Below are positions 29,001-42,634 of a DNA stretch of 64,000 nt, piece after piece. Under the pieces are notes generated by a model that saw only the letters and a list, made by a program, of their open reading frames with translations, was not told the origin of the DNA and ran no database searches. The stretch is taken from positions 33,356,001-33,420,000 of the forward strand of contig OX597819.1 of NCBI GenBank assembly GCA_951406725.2, in the 5' to 3' direction. The position numbers and the translations under genes are program-made. Source of the DNA: Octopus vulgaris. Taxonomy: Eukaryota. Every line of letters starts with the position of its first letter. Position 1 is the first letter of the stretch.

Positions 29001-29162
29001 TCAGACATGACTATCTCCGCTTTTTTTTTCAAGATTGGTGTTTGGTTTGAAAGCAACATAGCTGCTGTTTCTAGCTGGTTGAGCAGCTAAAGAGAGACTT
29101 CAACACTAGCTTTTCATACAGGATGCTAATATTAATCATATATATATGCATGCATGTGTGTA

Positions 29163-29244
<82 letters not shown>

Positions 29245-29277
29245 ATATATGTGTGTGTGTGTATGTGTATATATATG

Positions 29278-29322
<45 letters not shown>

Positions 29323-29949
29323 GTATATCAAACTTCTCTATGAAAAGATAGAAACAGTATAGGAAGAACATCTTTCAACATCCCACCTTACTTTAGATTC
29401 TGCTAACGACTAACAATGCAATTAGGTGAAACTCAGACAAAGTAAAACAGAAAACAAAACCCAAAAAGTCAATATAAATACACCTTGAGGTATAAAGTAG
29501 AATTCATATAACCACAAACACATACTTACCTCTACATACATATCTACACACACACTCACACACACACACTCACACACACACACATTGACACCATAATTAA
29601 TGAGACAATTAAGTAAGGAATAACATTATTTTAAAATCTGTTTTAAGTAACAAGTTGTTGGCTTTGACATGTTATGCATATAAAATATATTTTAATACCA
29701 AATGACAAAGAACACGTTGGAATCTACAAATCTCCTTTAATTATCTGTAATTTGCAAATTTAATTTCGCATTTTATCTATTTAGGCACTACTGTTAAAGC
29801 AACTATTACAGTAACAGAAGTGTTAACAGCTGTAGCAGCAACTATGAGAATATTGGTAATAATTTCTATATTTGTAAGGAAGGCACTGGAAAGAGGTTAT
29901 CAAGAACAAAATTTATCCATAAAGGATGAGAAGCAGCATTTTTTAATTT

Positions 29950-31095
29950 ACTTGGTGACCCCCACCAGAGCCAGTGGCATGATAAAAAGAACCCTACTCA
30001 GTACACACTGTAAAGTGATTGGCATTAGGAAGATCCTCCGGCCATAGAAAGCATGCTAAGGCTGACACTGGACATTGGCACAGCCCTGAAACTTACTGGA
30101 TTCTGTCAAACCATCCAACTCATGCCAGCATGGAAAACAGATGTTATATGATGATGATGATGATGATGATGGTAACGATTATGACGATGACAATGATGAC
30201 AATGATGATGACGATGATACTCTCTTTACTCTCTCTTTTACTTGATTCAGTCATGTGACTGTGGCCATGCTGGAGCACTGCCTTTAGACGAGCACATCGA
30301 CCCCAGGACTTATATTCTTTGTAAGCCCAGTACTTATTCTATCGGTCTCTTATGCTGAACCGCTAAGTCACAGGGACGTAAACACACCAGCATCAATGTC
30401 AAGCGATGTTGGAGGAACATCAAATTCTGCTGAGATTGACTTTGCCTTTCATCTTTTCAGGATCAATAAATTAAGTACCAGTTGTGTACTGGAGGGTCAA
30501 TGTAATCGATTTACCCCATCTCCTGAACTTGCTGACCTTGTGCCAAAATTTGAAACCAATATTGATTCTATTTTACTCTAGGTACAAGGCTTGAAATTTT
30601 TGGAGAGGGTGGGGCCAGTCAATTAGATTGACCCCAGTATGCAACTGGTGCTTAATTTATCGACCCCAAAAGGATGAAAGCCAAAGAATGGTTGGCATTA
30701 GGAAGGGTATCCAGCTGTAGAAACACTGCCAGATCTGACTGGAGCCTGGTGCAGCCTCCTGGCTTCCCAGACCCTGGTCGAACCATCCAACCCATGCTAG
30801 CATGGAAAACAGACATTAAATGATGATGATGATATATATATATATATATATATATATCATCATCATCATCATCATCATCATCATTTAACGTCCGCTTTCC
30901 ATGCTAGCATGGGTTGGACAGTTCAACTGGGGTCTGGGGAGCCCGAAGGCTGCACCAGGCTAGTCAGATCTGGCAGTGTTTCTACAGCTGGATGCCCTTC
31001 CTAACGCCAACCACTCCGAGAGTGTAGTGGGTGATTTTATGTGCCACCGACACAGGTGCCAGACGAGGCTGGCGAACGGCCACGCTCGGATGGTG
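29950..31095. mobile_element. Nested cluster of family C, B and A elements, including tail-to-tail family C copies
   Basis: C plus about 29950-30218, B tail minus 30219-30415, A fragments 30418-30685, C plus 30686-30833, C minus 30858-31095. Confidence 0.75.
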
Positions 31096-31192
31096 TTGTA
31101 TTTAGGAATGGTCATTTTGCCAGTTTAGCCAATAAAAACACACACACTATATATTTGGTGTTACTTTGCTTCAGCATTATTCATCTTATTTC

Positions 31193-31236
31193 AGCCAGAG
31201 TTCTTTCGTCACACTCCTGTGACCTCATCATTTGCT
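31193..31236 (-). ncRNA. Degenerate minimal hammerhead motif (C3A)
   Basis: AGCAA-ATGATGA-G-GTCAC(aggagt)GTGAC-GAAA-GAAC-TC-TGGCT. Confidence 0.45.
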
Positions 31237-31475
31237 TTCTTCTTTCTTATTTGTGTGTCTCTCCTTACTAACGGTCAGCCATTTTGTATTTTGTATTCCT
31301 ATTGTATGTGTCTTCATTTGCGCATGCGTATACCTCTATGTGTGTATATGTTTAGTTAGTGTGTGTGTGTGGGGGAAATGCCTGTAATATTTGTATCTCC
31401 TGTTTATATACGTTTGTGTAATTTGTTTTTTGTTTTTGTTTATTTTTATTTTGTTCATGTGTTTACACCTACTTA

Positions 31476-31525
<50 letters not shown>

Positions 31526-31614
31526 GTTATTATTATTATTATTATTATTTTATTATTATTATTTTTTTATGTATATAGTTATTTACTTCCATTTGTTTAT
31601 TTATCTGTGTATTT

Positions 31615-31660
<46 letters not shown>

Positions 31661-31747
31661 ATATTTATGAATGAGAAAAAGAAGAAAATGCCAAATAGAC
31701 ACCAGTTTATTCAAAAATATTGAAATCAATATAATATGAAATTCTTA

Positions 31748-31858
31748 TCCCTACAGCCGTTTCCATGTCCAATTAATTCAATTAGAGAAATTAAATTAAA
31801 TTAGATTAATTTAAAATCTTCATATGGAAACTGGTTAATTGAGTATTTCATCAGGGGA
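31748..31858 (-). ncRNA. Type-I hammerhead ribozyme motif with long AT-rich stem II
   Basis: TCCC-CTGATGA-...CAATTAA...TTAATTG...-GAAAC-GGCT-GTA-GGGA. Confidence 0.6.
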
Positions 31859-32065
31859 AAATTTCCAGAAAAGAGTTGTCTATATATCAATTTCTACATT
31901 TTCTTCTTTTTCTGATTCATAAATATTGCTAATACCAATATGCAAAACTAATACCAATGCAAAACTAACATATTTAGTTTTTCACCAAACACTGGTGAAC
32001 TAGGATGTAAACATCCCTTAAAGGGTTATAGGTCCTTGGCATGATTATATTTATATATAGATATA

Positions 32066-32757
32066 CTCTTTACTGTCTTACTTGTTTCAGTCATTTGACT
32101 ATGGCCATGCTGGAGCACCACCTTTAGTCGATCAAATCAACCCCAGGACTTGTTCTTTGTAAGCCTAGTACTTATTCTATCGGTCTCTTTTGCCGAACGG
32201 CTAAGTTACGGTGACGTAAACACACCAGCATCGGTTGTGAAGCAATGTTGGTGGGGACAAACAGAGACATACAAACGTATACATATGCACACATACATAT
32301 ATACATATATATATATACGACGAGATTCTTTCATTTTCCATCTACCAAATCCACTCACAAGGCTTTGGTCGGTCCAAGGCTATAGTAGAAGACATTTGAC
32401 CAAGGTGCCATGTAGTGGGATTGAACCCGGAACCATGTGGTTGATAAGCAAGCTACTTACCACACAATCATTCCTATAAGATAAAGGCCCCCTTCGGTTA
32501 TGAATGACCATGGGATTGCACCTAGAAAGTTACCCTCTGAGGTATGAATCTAGGCAAAGGGGTTTATGGAAGACCAGCAGTCACCCATGCATACCAGCCT
32601 CCCCTCTCCATGCCACTGATGTTATCCAGGGAAAGGCATTGGCCAATATAGTTTGGCTCCAGTGATGTTGCAACTCATTTCTACAGATGAGTGAACTGGA
32701 GTAATGTGAAATAAAGTGTCTTGCTCAAGAACACAATACATAGCTCGGTCCAGGAAT
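32066..32757 (-). mobile_element. SINE family B (32066-32476) followed by SINE family E (32484-32757)
   Basis: Family motifs. Confidence 0.8.
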
Positions 32758-33307
32758 GTATGAATGTATGTATGTATGTATGTATGTACGTATGTATGTA
32801 TGCATGTACGTATGTATGTATGCATGTACGTATGTATGTACGTATGTCCGTATGTATGTACGCATGTATGTACATATGTATGTACGTATGTATGTACGTA
32901 TGTATGTACGTATGTATGTACGTATGTATGTACATATGTACGTATGTACATATGTATGTACGTAGGTATGTACGTACATATGTATGTACATACGTATGTA
33001 TGTATGTATGTACGTACGTATGTATGTATGTACGTATGTATACACGCACACATACAAACATATATACACAAGACGTCTTTTAGGAATGCACACAGAAAAT
33101 GTGACATCAAAAAGAAACATACATATAGACATCAACCAATATACTATAACATATACACATACTATAACATATACACATATACACATTTACTTATGCATAT
33201 AAGAATAAGTGTGCATGAAAGTTTCAATGAGAAAGAACTCAGTGATACAGAGCAATATTTAGTGTTTATTGTCTTCATACTACATAGCCAGTTATACATA
33301 CATATAT

Positions 33308-33350
<43 letters not shown>

Positions 33351-33483
33351 TACATATATATATATATATATACATATATATATAAACACATATAGATATA
33401 TATACATATATATGTATATATATGTATATATATATATATATATATACACACACATATATATATATATACATATATATATATAC

Positions 33484-33538
<55 letters not shown>

Positions 33539-33547
33539 TATACATAC

Positions 33548-33606
<59 letters not shown>

Positions 33607-33708
33607 TATGTATATATATATTATATATATTGAATATTGTCAACACACACATATACTCTGTCACCAGGAGATGTATAGATAACTATGAATTATATCTAAG
33701 TGCATAAT

Positions 33709-33765
<57 letters not shown>

Positions 33766-33770
33766 ACATA
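32757..33770. repeat. (TATG/TACG)n, (TA)n and (CA)n microsatellites
   Basis: Directly visible. Confidence 0.9.
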
Positions 33771-34004
33771 CTTCTACTCCCCTCATTCTCTTCAACCAAA
33801 CTGATCCACTCCACACCACCAGTCTCTATAACCGCCCTCTCTCTCTCTCTAATCACTCCACACTACCACTCTAATACCTCCCTCTCTATTACATTAACAG
33901 ATTCTTGGTGGTAATTAACATCTATTGATACTAAAATGAAATGCCCAGCAGCACACACTGTTATAGTAATGATGTGAATGATGTGTCAGTGGTTTAAGTG
34001 CTGC

Positions 34005-35123
34005 TGATGGCGGTGGTGGTATTGGTGGTGGTGGTGGTGGTGTTGGTGGTGGTGTTGGTGGTGGTGGTGGTGGTGTTGGTGGTATTGTTGTTGGTGATAT
34101 TGGCGGTGGTGCTGGTACCCTAAATGGTGGCATTGATGGTTGTGATGGCGATAGTATTGGTGGTTTAGGTGTTGGTAGTATAAGCATTAGTGGTAGTGGT
34201 GGTTTAAAGTAGTGGTGGTAATGACGGTGGCAGTAGTGATGATAGTGGTGGTGGTGGTGGTGGTTATGATGGTAGAGGTTGTGGTGGTAGATAGTGGTAG
34301 TTGTGGTGATGATCGGAGAGGTTATGGTGGTAGCGGTGATGATGGTATTGGTAGTGGTAGTGATAGGTGTGATGCAGTTGTGGTGTTGGTGATGGTACAG
34401 ATGGAGGTGGTAGCGATGGCATTAGTAGCGTTTGTGGTGGTGTAGTTGTCATTTTATAATAGTAGGTGTTGCAGTAGGAGTGGTATTTATTTTATGGTAC
34501 TGCTGTAATAGTAGTTGTAGTGTTAATGCTGCTGGTACAGTAGTAGTTGTTGCAGCAGTAGTTGTTTTAGTGGTGGTAGTTGCTGCAGTGGTATTGATGT
34601 TGTAGTAGTTGTTATTGTAATGGTGTGGGTGTAGTTGTAACAGTAATAGTGGCAATTGTGATGGTGGTGGTGGTAGTTGTATTAGCAGCAGCAGCAGCAG
34701 CAGTAGCAGTAGTAGTAGTAGTAGCAGTGGCAATGTTTGTAGTGGCAATGTTTGTAGTGGTAATGGTGGTGGTGGTAGTAGTAGTGGTGGTGGTGGTGGT
34801 AATAGTAGTGGGTGGCAGTGGTTGTCTTTGTGGTAGTTGTAGTGGTAGTAGTAGTAATGGTCGTAGAGGTAGTTGTGATGGTTGTCGTTGTAGAAGTAAT
34901 AGTAATAGTGGTGGTGGTGGTGGTAGTAATAGTAGTAGTAGTAGTAATCATCGTATTAGTAATGGTAGTAGTGGCAGTGATTGTTGTCATGATGGTGGTG
35001 GTAGTAGAGGTAGTAGTAGTAGTAGTAGTGATGATGGTGGTGGTGATGGTGGTGGTGGTGGTGGTAGTAGTAGTAATAGTAGTGGCAGTGGTTGTGGTGG
35101 TAATAGTGTTAGTAGTAGTAGTA
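34005..35123. repeat. Degenerate (GGT)n/(AGT)n trinucleotide tract
   Basis: Directly visible. Source of poly-V/G/S/T/P ORF artefacts. Confidence 0.9.
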
Positions 35124-35555
35124 AGTCTGCCTTACTTAGAGTGGTGTCAGAAAAAGGAATTAATGTGCGACAGACCATGCAATTAATATTCCACATGGAG
35201 CAGAGGTGCCGGGGTTTACTTTCATAGCCTACCCACTACATCCAACCTTCGCAACCATTTAACTATCATCTGCAGTCAGTAATTCCTGGATGTCTATAGG
35301 TGGGAGATGATAGTAAAATATTAAACAACCGGCAAATAAGCTAGAGTAATTCCTTATTGTATCTCTGTTATACGGTGTCAGAGAAATATGTCTGTGACAT
35401 GAGGACAGGTCCCTGCAGAACTAAAGCAGCTGATGCTACAGTTGCTGTAGTTTTTATGTATAAAGAGACATGCAATTCTGTCTCACAAATTCTGTATTTG
35501 TTAGTATCACAGATACAAGTCCTCTAAACCATGTATGTATGTATGTGTTTATGTA

Positions 35556-35649
<94 letters not shown>

Positions 35650-35654
35650 TGTAT

Positions 35655-35796
35655 GGAAGCTTGTTTCTCAACCACATGGTTGTGGGTTCAGGCCTTCTGC
35701 ATTGCTCTTTAGGCAAGCGTCTCCTACTATAGCTTTCAGCTAACCAAAGCCTTGCATGTGGATTTGGTAGATGAAAACTGAAAGATGCCCGTCATA

Positions 35797-35860
<64 letters not shown>

Positions 35861-35977
35861 ATATGTAATAGGCTTAAAAAAGACGTACTGGGGTAAATTC
35901 ATTTGACTAAAATTTCAAGGTGTTACCCCAGCATGGCCATAGTGTAATGACTAAAACAAGAAAAAGATAAAAGAAAG
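35655..35977 (+). mobile_element. SINE family B, degenerate
   Basis: Family B motifs. Confidence 0.7.
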
Positions 35978-36218
35978 ACACACACACACACACATACATA
36001 GGGTGAAATAGGGTAAGAAGAAAGAGGTAAAGATCCCCTTCGGTCATCAATGACCATGAGATTGCACCTAGAAAGTTACCCTCCAAGGCACAAGTCTGGG
36101 CACAGTTGTGTATGGAAGACCAGCAATTGCCCATGCATACCCATCTCCCCCTCTCCCTGCCACTGATATTATACAAGGGAAAGGCAAAGACCAGTCATGC
36201 CACAATTCATTTCTACAC

Positions 36219-36510
36219 AGTGGTTAGAGCAGCGGACTTGTGGTCGAGGGATCGCAGATTCGAATCTCATACCAGTTGATGTGTGTGTTTATGAGCAAAA
36301 CACCTAAGCTCGACGCGGCTCCGGCAGAAGGTAATGGCGAATTTCTGCTGACTCTTTCGCCACAACTTTCTCTCTCTTTCCTCCTGCATCTTGCAGCTCA
36401 CCTGTGATGGACCGGCGTCCCGTCCAGGTGGGGAACCTATACGCCAAGGAAACCGGGAAACCAGCCCTTATGAGCCAGGCATGGCTTGAGAAGGAACAAA
36501 CAACCAACAA
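36219..36510 (+). mobile_element. SINE family D (tRNA-like head)
   Basis: AGTGGTTAGAGCAGCGGACT...TTCGAATCTC...GGAAACCGGGAAACC. Related copies at 49646 and 61809. Confidence 0.8.
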
Positions 36511-36732
36511 ACACACACATATATACACAAAGATGAGGGGCAGGAACCTGCTCTGCCCACCTCTCTCAGAGTACTTCTCATCATCCCTTTGCATGTATTT
36601 GATAAACATTGTGAAAATCTTGCCAAAGCTAACATTAAAACTAAATGCAATCCTTGGACACATCAGATCCTGTTAAATCATCCCACCCATACTAGCTTGG
36701 AACATGGACGTTAACTGATGATGATGATGATG

Positions 36733-36839
<107 letters not shown>

Positions 36840-36867
36840 TATAATATATATGTATGTATAAATAAAT

Positions 36868-37083
36868 CCTTTTCTACTCTAGGTGCAAGGCCCAAAATTT
36901 TGGGGGGAGGGGGCCAATTGATTAGACTGACCCCAGTATACAACTGGTACTTAATTTATCAACCCCGAAAGGATGAAAGACAAAGTTGACCTCGGCAGAA
37001 TTTGAACTCAGAATGTAAAGACAGACGAAATACCGCTAGGCATTTCACCCGGTATGCTAACATTTCTGCCAGCTCGCTTGCCT
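36868..37083 (-). mobile_element. SINE family A
   Basis: Family motifs. Confidence 0.8.
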
Positions 37084-37198
37084 TATAGACCTTACATATT
37101 GATTGAATCAAAGTTTTCAGTACTGATTAACAGCTCTGCTATACATTTAAGATACTCTATATTGATTGATAGACAAAATGATATATGTAGCAAATATC

Positions 37199-37430
37199 TA
37201 TTTCTTTACTACCCACAAGGGGCTAAACACAGAGGGGACGAACAAGGACAGCCAAACGGATTAAGTATATTACATCGACCCCAGTGCGTAACTGGTACTT
37301 AATTTATCGACCCCGAAAGGATGAAAGGCAAAGTCGACCTCGGCGGAATTTGAACCGAGAACGTAACGGCAGACGAAATACGGCTACGCATTTTGCCCGG
37401 CGCGCTAGCGTTTCTGCCAGCTCGCCGCCT
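37199..37430 (-). mobile_element. Young SINE family A copy with 13-bp TSD
   Basis: TGTAGCAAATATC at 37186-37198 and 37431-37443. Confidence 0.9.
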
Positions 37431-37510
37431 TGTAGCAAATATCCCACCCACGCTAGTTTGGAACATGGATGTTTAATATGATAATGATGATGATGGTGAT
37501 GATGATGATG

Positions 37511-37597
<87 letters not shown>

Positions 37598-37609
37598 ATA
37601 TATATATAC

Positions 37610-38093
37610 ATGAAGACTTGTTGAGGTAAGTGAAATCAAATTCGAATCAAATTCGATGACTGGCACTTGTGCCAGTGGAGCACTAAGAGCAGCATCCGCA
37701 CGTGATCGTTGCCAGAGCAGCTGACTGGCTTTCATGCCGGTGGTATGTAAAAATGCCGGTGGTGTGTAAAATGCTGGTGGCATGTGAAAAAACATTCGAG
37801 CGAGGTCATTGCCAGTGCTGCTGGACTGGCTCCTGTGCAGGTGGCATGTAAAAACACCATTTGAGTGTGGCTGTTGCCAGTACTGCCTGACTGGCCCTCA
37901 TGCCAGTGGAACATAATAGCACCCACTACACTCTCGGAGTGGTTGGCATTAGGAAGGTTATCCAGCTGTAGAAACTCTTCCAGATCAGAATGGAGCCTGG
38001 TGTAGCCATCTGGTTCGGCAGTCCTCAATCAAGTTATCCAACACATGCTAGCATGGAAAGCAGACATTAAACAATGATGATGATGATGATGAT
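37610..38093 (+). mobile_element. Family C element (RTE 3' UTR with subrepeats)
   Basis: Same subrepeats and tail as 16636-17102. Confidence 0.8.
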
Positions 38094-38206
38094 GTATGTA
38101 TGTATGTATAAATATATATGTATAGAGATATCATCTTTATAATGTGCAAATTTCCATGCTTGCATGGGTTAGATGGGATTTCTTGACAAAACACCCTGAG
38201 AGAGAA

Positions 38207-38269
<63 letters not shown>

Positions 38270-38899
38270 AACAATTCATATATCAGTGTGGCAAGGATCA
38301 GGTGTAGTGGGAAAGCACACTAATGGTACCTTCTGAGTGAAGAACATATTGTGCAGTCTAACGTATTTATGATGGTGAGCTAAAGACAATTTTGAATCAA
38401 CTGAAATTATAATTGTAATGAGATGAAAAGCCATTAGTGTTAATGAAGATTAAACAAAAAAAAAATAATAAAGGAGAGAAGGGAGAGAACTTCTAGAATA
38501 TCTATTGGAGATATATAAGGTGAATGTGAGAGCGAATGGAAACAGTTATTTGTATGAATATAATTCACTGATTAGACAAATTAACTCTTAAATCTTTGTA
38601 ATACTGAGAATTCTCTGGTGAGAATCACTAGAAATCTCTCAAACCTGTGAGAAACTAGAGATTTTCATGAACGTGCAGTTAGCTCAGTAAAATCAATAAA
38701 GATATAACTATTGCATGAATTTCAATAAAACTTATTGATAAGATATAATGATTTTTTTTTTAATGTATATTGAGAATATGGTTTTTATCTATTGGTGTTG
38801 ATTTTTACTTGTTGTGATGTCACTGTCACCTGCTCAGGTATATTGATAATATAGGTAATTCATAAAATGTAGATATTTTCACGTCCTTTTTTTAATTTT

Positions 38900-39117
38900 T
38901 ATCTTTTACTTGTTTCAGTCATTAGACTGTGGCTATGCTGGAGCATCGCCTTGAAAATTTTTCAGTTGAATGTATTGATCTCTGCACTTATTATTTTTTT
39001 TTGTTTGTTTTTTAGAACCTGGTACTTATTCTATCAGTTTCTTTTCTCGAACCACTAAGTTACAGAGACGTAAACACACCAACAAAAGTTGTCAAGCAGT
39101 GATGGGGTTCAAACAAG

Positions 39118-39169
<52 letters not shown>

Positions 39170-39577
39170 CTCTTTCTCTTTTACTCTTTTACTTGTTTCA
39201 GTCATTTGACTGCGGCCATGCTGGAGCACCACCTTTAGTCGAGCAAATCGACCCCGGAACTTATTCTTTGTAAGCCCAGTACTTATTCTATCAGTCTCTT
39301 TTGCCGAACCACTAAGTAACGGGGACGTAAACACACCAGCATCGGTTGTCAAGCAATGCTAGGGGGACAAACACAAACACACAAACATATACACACACAC
39401 ATATATATATACATATATACGACAGGCTTCTTTCAGTTTCCGTCTACCAAATCCACTCACAAGGCATTGGTCGGCCCGGGGCTATAGCAGAAGACACTTG
39501 CCCAAGATGCCACGCAGTGGGACTGAACCAGGAACCATGTGGTTGGTTAGCAAGCTACTTACCACACAGCCACTCCT
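38900..39577 (-). mobile_element. Family B tail fragment plus a younger family B SINE (39168-39577) inserted at its microsatellite
   Basis: Two successive family B tails. Confidence 0.8.
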
Positions 39578-40580
39578 ATAAGAAATAGTTGAGATTCAGT
39601 TGAATTAGGTACTTAAGTTGAAGCACCAAGTCAGTATGGTATTATCTGTACAATTCAAATTAAGGTGAATAAAATCAAAATAAGCAACAGGAGGTGATGC
39701 AGTACAACCGTTTCAAGTTAGTTTTTGTTTTTTTCTGATTCATAGCTTATAATTAATATAAAGATAGTATGATTTATTGCCCCAGTATTCCATAAGTAAA
39801 TACCCAGAGCAATCTTTATAGAAACCACATTATAAGTTAATAATTAAGTACAGGAATGAATATTAAACTAATTCTATGTAATCTTCCCCTTTCTAATGTT
39901 GAAAATTGGTATATATACACAGTTTACCTGTTCTGGTTATAATATCAATTTTAGTCATCTTAAATTTTTCCTTCATACAACATAACAATATTCTTTATAT
40001 ACAATCATACATTTACCTCAAGATAATTTCCTTTGTATTAAAATCATAGATTTTATGAGTGTCTTGTCCCTTTAACTGGTAATGAACATCTTGATTTAGG
40101 GTCTTCCTGTACCCTCCCTCCTTTATAGACAATTACTTATACATTTCCTAAAATCCTGACAATATTTATGATCATACCCAACTATAAACTGTCAACTCAC
40201 TCTGTCTATCCATTGTAAACAGACACTGTCCTCTAGCCTTAGATTTGGTAGTTGATAAAAAAAGACTAATAAATTAAAAATGAACCACAATCCTTTACAA
40301 GCTATGACCCTAACAAACTTCATAAAGTTTTTAGAAGTGTAGTATATTCTTAGGTACATTAGTAGCAACATGGTCTCTTTCCCTCTTCTTGCTCTAATAG
40401 AGAATTTGAGTAAAATTATATTAATGTGTCCAACTGATTAAAAATTCAAATTTATGCAGCTGAGGATAGCCCTGCATTTAAATTGATGTAATGATTTCAT
40501 TGTTCAATTAAATGGAGCTACATGAAATGATCATACTGCATGGCCGCTTGATATCCTGTTGTTTATTTTGATATCAATCC

Positions 40581-40658
<78 letters not shown>

Positions 40659-40929
40659 ATATATATATATATGACAGGCTTCTTTCAGTTTCCATCTATC
40701 AAATCCACTTACAAGGCCTTGGTTGGCCTGAGGCTATAGTAGAAGACATTTGCTCAAGATGCCAAGCAGTGGGACTGAACCTGGAACCTTGTGGATAGGA
40801 AGCAAGTTACGTGTAATACAGGACCCAGTGACAGTTGCAGTTACATGCTATACATCAGTTTTATAATTAATACAATGACAGGATAAATGTGTATATATGT
40901 GTATATGGTAGTTGTTACCTCCTTAACTC

Positions 40930-42400
40930 TGAGCATAATGACTTTTTTTATTGCAGGTATATGCCTGTAACAAGTTTGATAGTACTTCTTACATGGGCTC
41001 TCAGATGACTACTTATCCATGGTTTTGTTTAAAACGTTTTATGTCAAACATAGCTCTAATATGCACACGAATCACATCAACAGTAGTTGTGGTCTTGAGT
41101 ATTTATTTTGGCATAAAAGACAGCATTGCTTTGCTGATGTTGTTGGGGAAGAATTTGTATAAGCTTCCTACATTGGTTCTCTGATTTATGACCTTTCATG
41201 GGTAAAAAAAAATCCAGCTTTCAAAAGTGTAATGAAACCACAGACTGCACAGCTGAGATTATCTCTGGATCTTCTACTAAATAGAGCTTCAGCATCTTGC
41301 ACTTTTTGGGTATTACCTTTCACTATTTGATGGACAGTTTGAATTTTCTCAAACTGCAGGTGACTATTCCTGGTTAAAAGCCACCATTTGCTTTTGTTCA
41401 GTGTGAGATGTTTCTAATGAACAGAGCTAGTGTTACTATTTTATGATGTCACAGAATCCCTTCAATCACAGTCCTTAATTGCATCAGCACTCACCACTGT
41501 AATGTAGACGGAGAACAAAGCTGGAGCAAGTATATGTCCTTATTGAACACCTTTGTACACTGGAATCAATTCTGACAGAACTCTATTTGAATTGAAGTAG
41601 GCCTTCATACTACTGAACAAATAAATTTTGTTTTAAATCAACAAACTTAGATGGGTACTCCAACTTTTCCAAGGATCACCATTATGCATTTCTATTTGCA
41701 GTCTCAAAGGTTTTAATTAGGTCAATGAAAACCTGGTGAAAGGGAAGTCTCTGTTCCATTCACCTCTCTTGCAACTGTCTGATGCTAAAGATCATATCCA
41801 TAATCTTTCTAACATATCCAGTTAAGGCTCTGGAACAGACATTTCAAGCAAAGTCTAACAAATATCTTACCCATAGTTGTCAGTAAAATTTATTGTTTCA
41901 TTGTATACTGAAAACTTGTCTTATACCTTTTACTTGTTCCAGTCATTGGTCTATGGCAAGGTTAAGGTACCACCTTGAAGGGCTTTTGTGAAACAAAATT
42001 AACCTCAGCACTTCATTTTACTTTTTTTTTAAGTCTAGTACTTATTCCGTTCATCTCTTTTAGCAAACTACTAAAATATGGGGACATTAACAAACCAACA
42101 CCATAAACAAATCCAGCCATAGAAAACTACTTGAATGGTGCTTTTTGCATACCACTGGCATGAGACCAGTCAGGTGATATATATATATATATATACATAT
42201 ATATATACATGCATACACACACACACACACACAAAAGTTACCACAATTGGATTGGGTACCATTTCCTTTGAACAATGAAACATATATAACATCTCTCCAA
42301 TCCTGTGAAACTGCGAGTCACTCCATATATTGACTAGTAGTGTGGTCATAAAATCAGCCACTGGATACCAGTCATGCTTAATAACCATAACTGCTATGCT
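40930..42400 (-). mobile_element. RTE (BovB-like) LINE RT fragment, interrupted at about 41886-42237
   Basis: SQDWRDVIYVSLFKGNGTQSNCGN, then TTMGKIFVR, MDMIFSIRQLQER, VFIDLIKTFET, GVQ*GHILAPALFSVY. Confidence 0.8.
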
Positions 42401-42596
42401 TTCACTTCATGTGGTTTCTTAAGTCAATCAGTTTAAAAGAAATTTTGACTTCCCCTTTATTAGAATTATTATTCAGTTCTTCAATGTCAGGGTGCTGAGG
42501 TAGGTCTTTTATAACTTATATATCTATCATGGATAGATTGTGAAACAGATCTGTGCAATGCTCTATCTCCTCAGATCTCTTCAAACAGACACATAC

Positions 42597-42634
<38 letters not shown>

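Noticed and set aside
32764-35227. Longest ORFs in the track (289 aa and 200 aa)
   Set aside because: They lie in TATG/TA and GGT/AGT simple repeats with no domain signal or splice support.
38330-38400. AG/GT-bounded open segment on the minus strand (DSKLSLAHHHKYVRLHNMFFTQK)
   Set aside because: 71 nt would shift the frame in a phase-0 intron, the donor is weak, and the flanking PLEKHH exons already join colinearly.
39698-39750. Possible hammerhead relic (minus strand GAAAC-GGTT-GTA)
   Set aside because: The first box reads CTATGA (G5 missing) and stem II does not pair.
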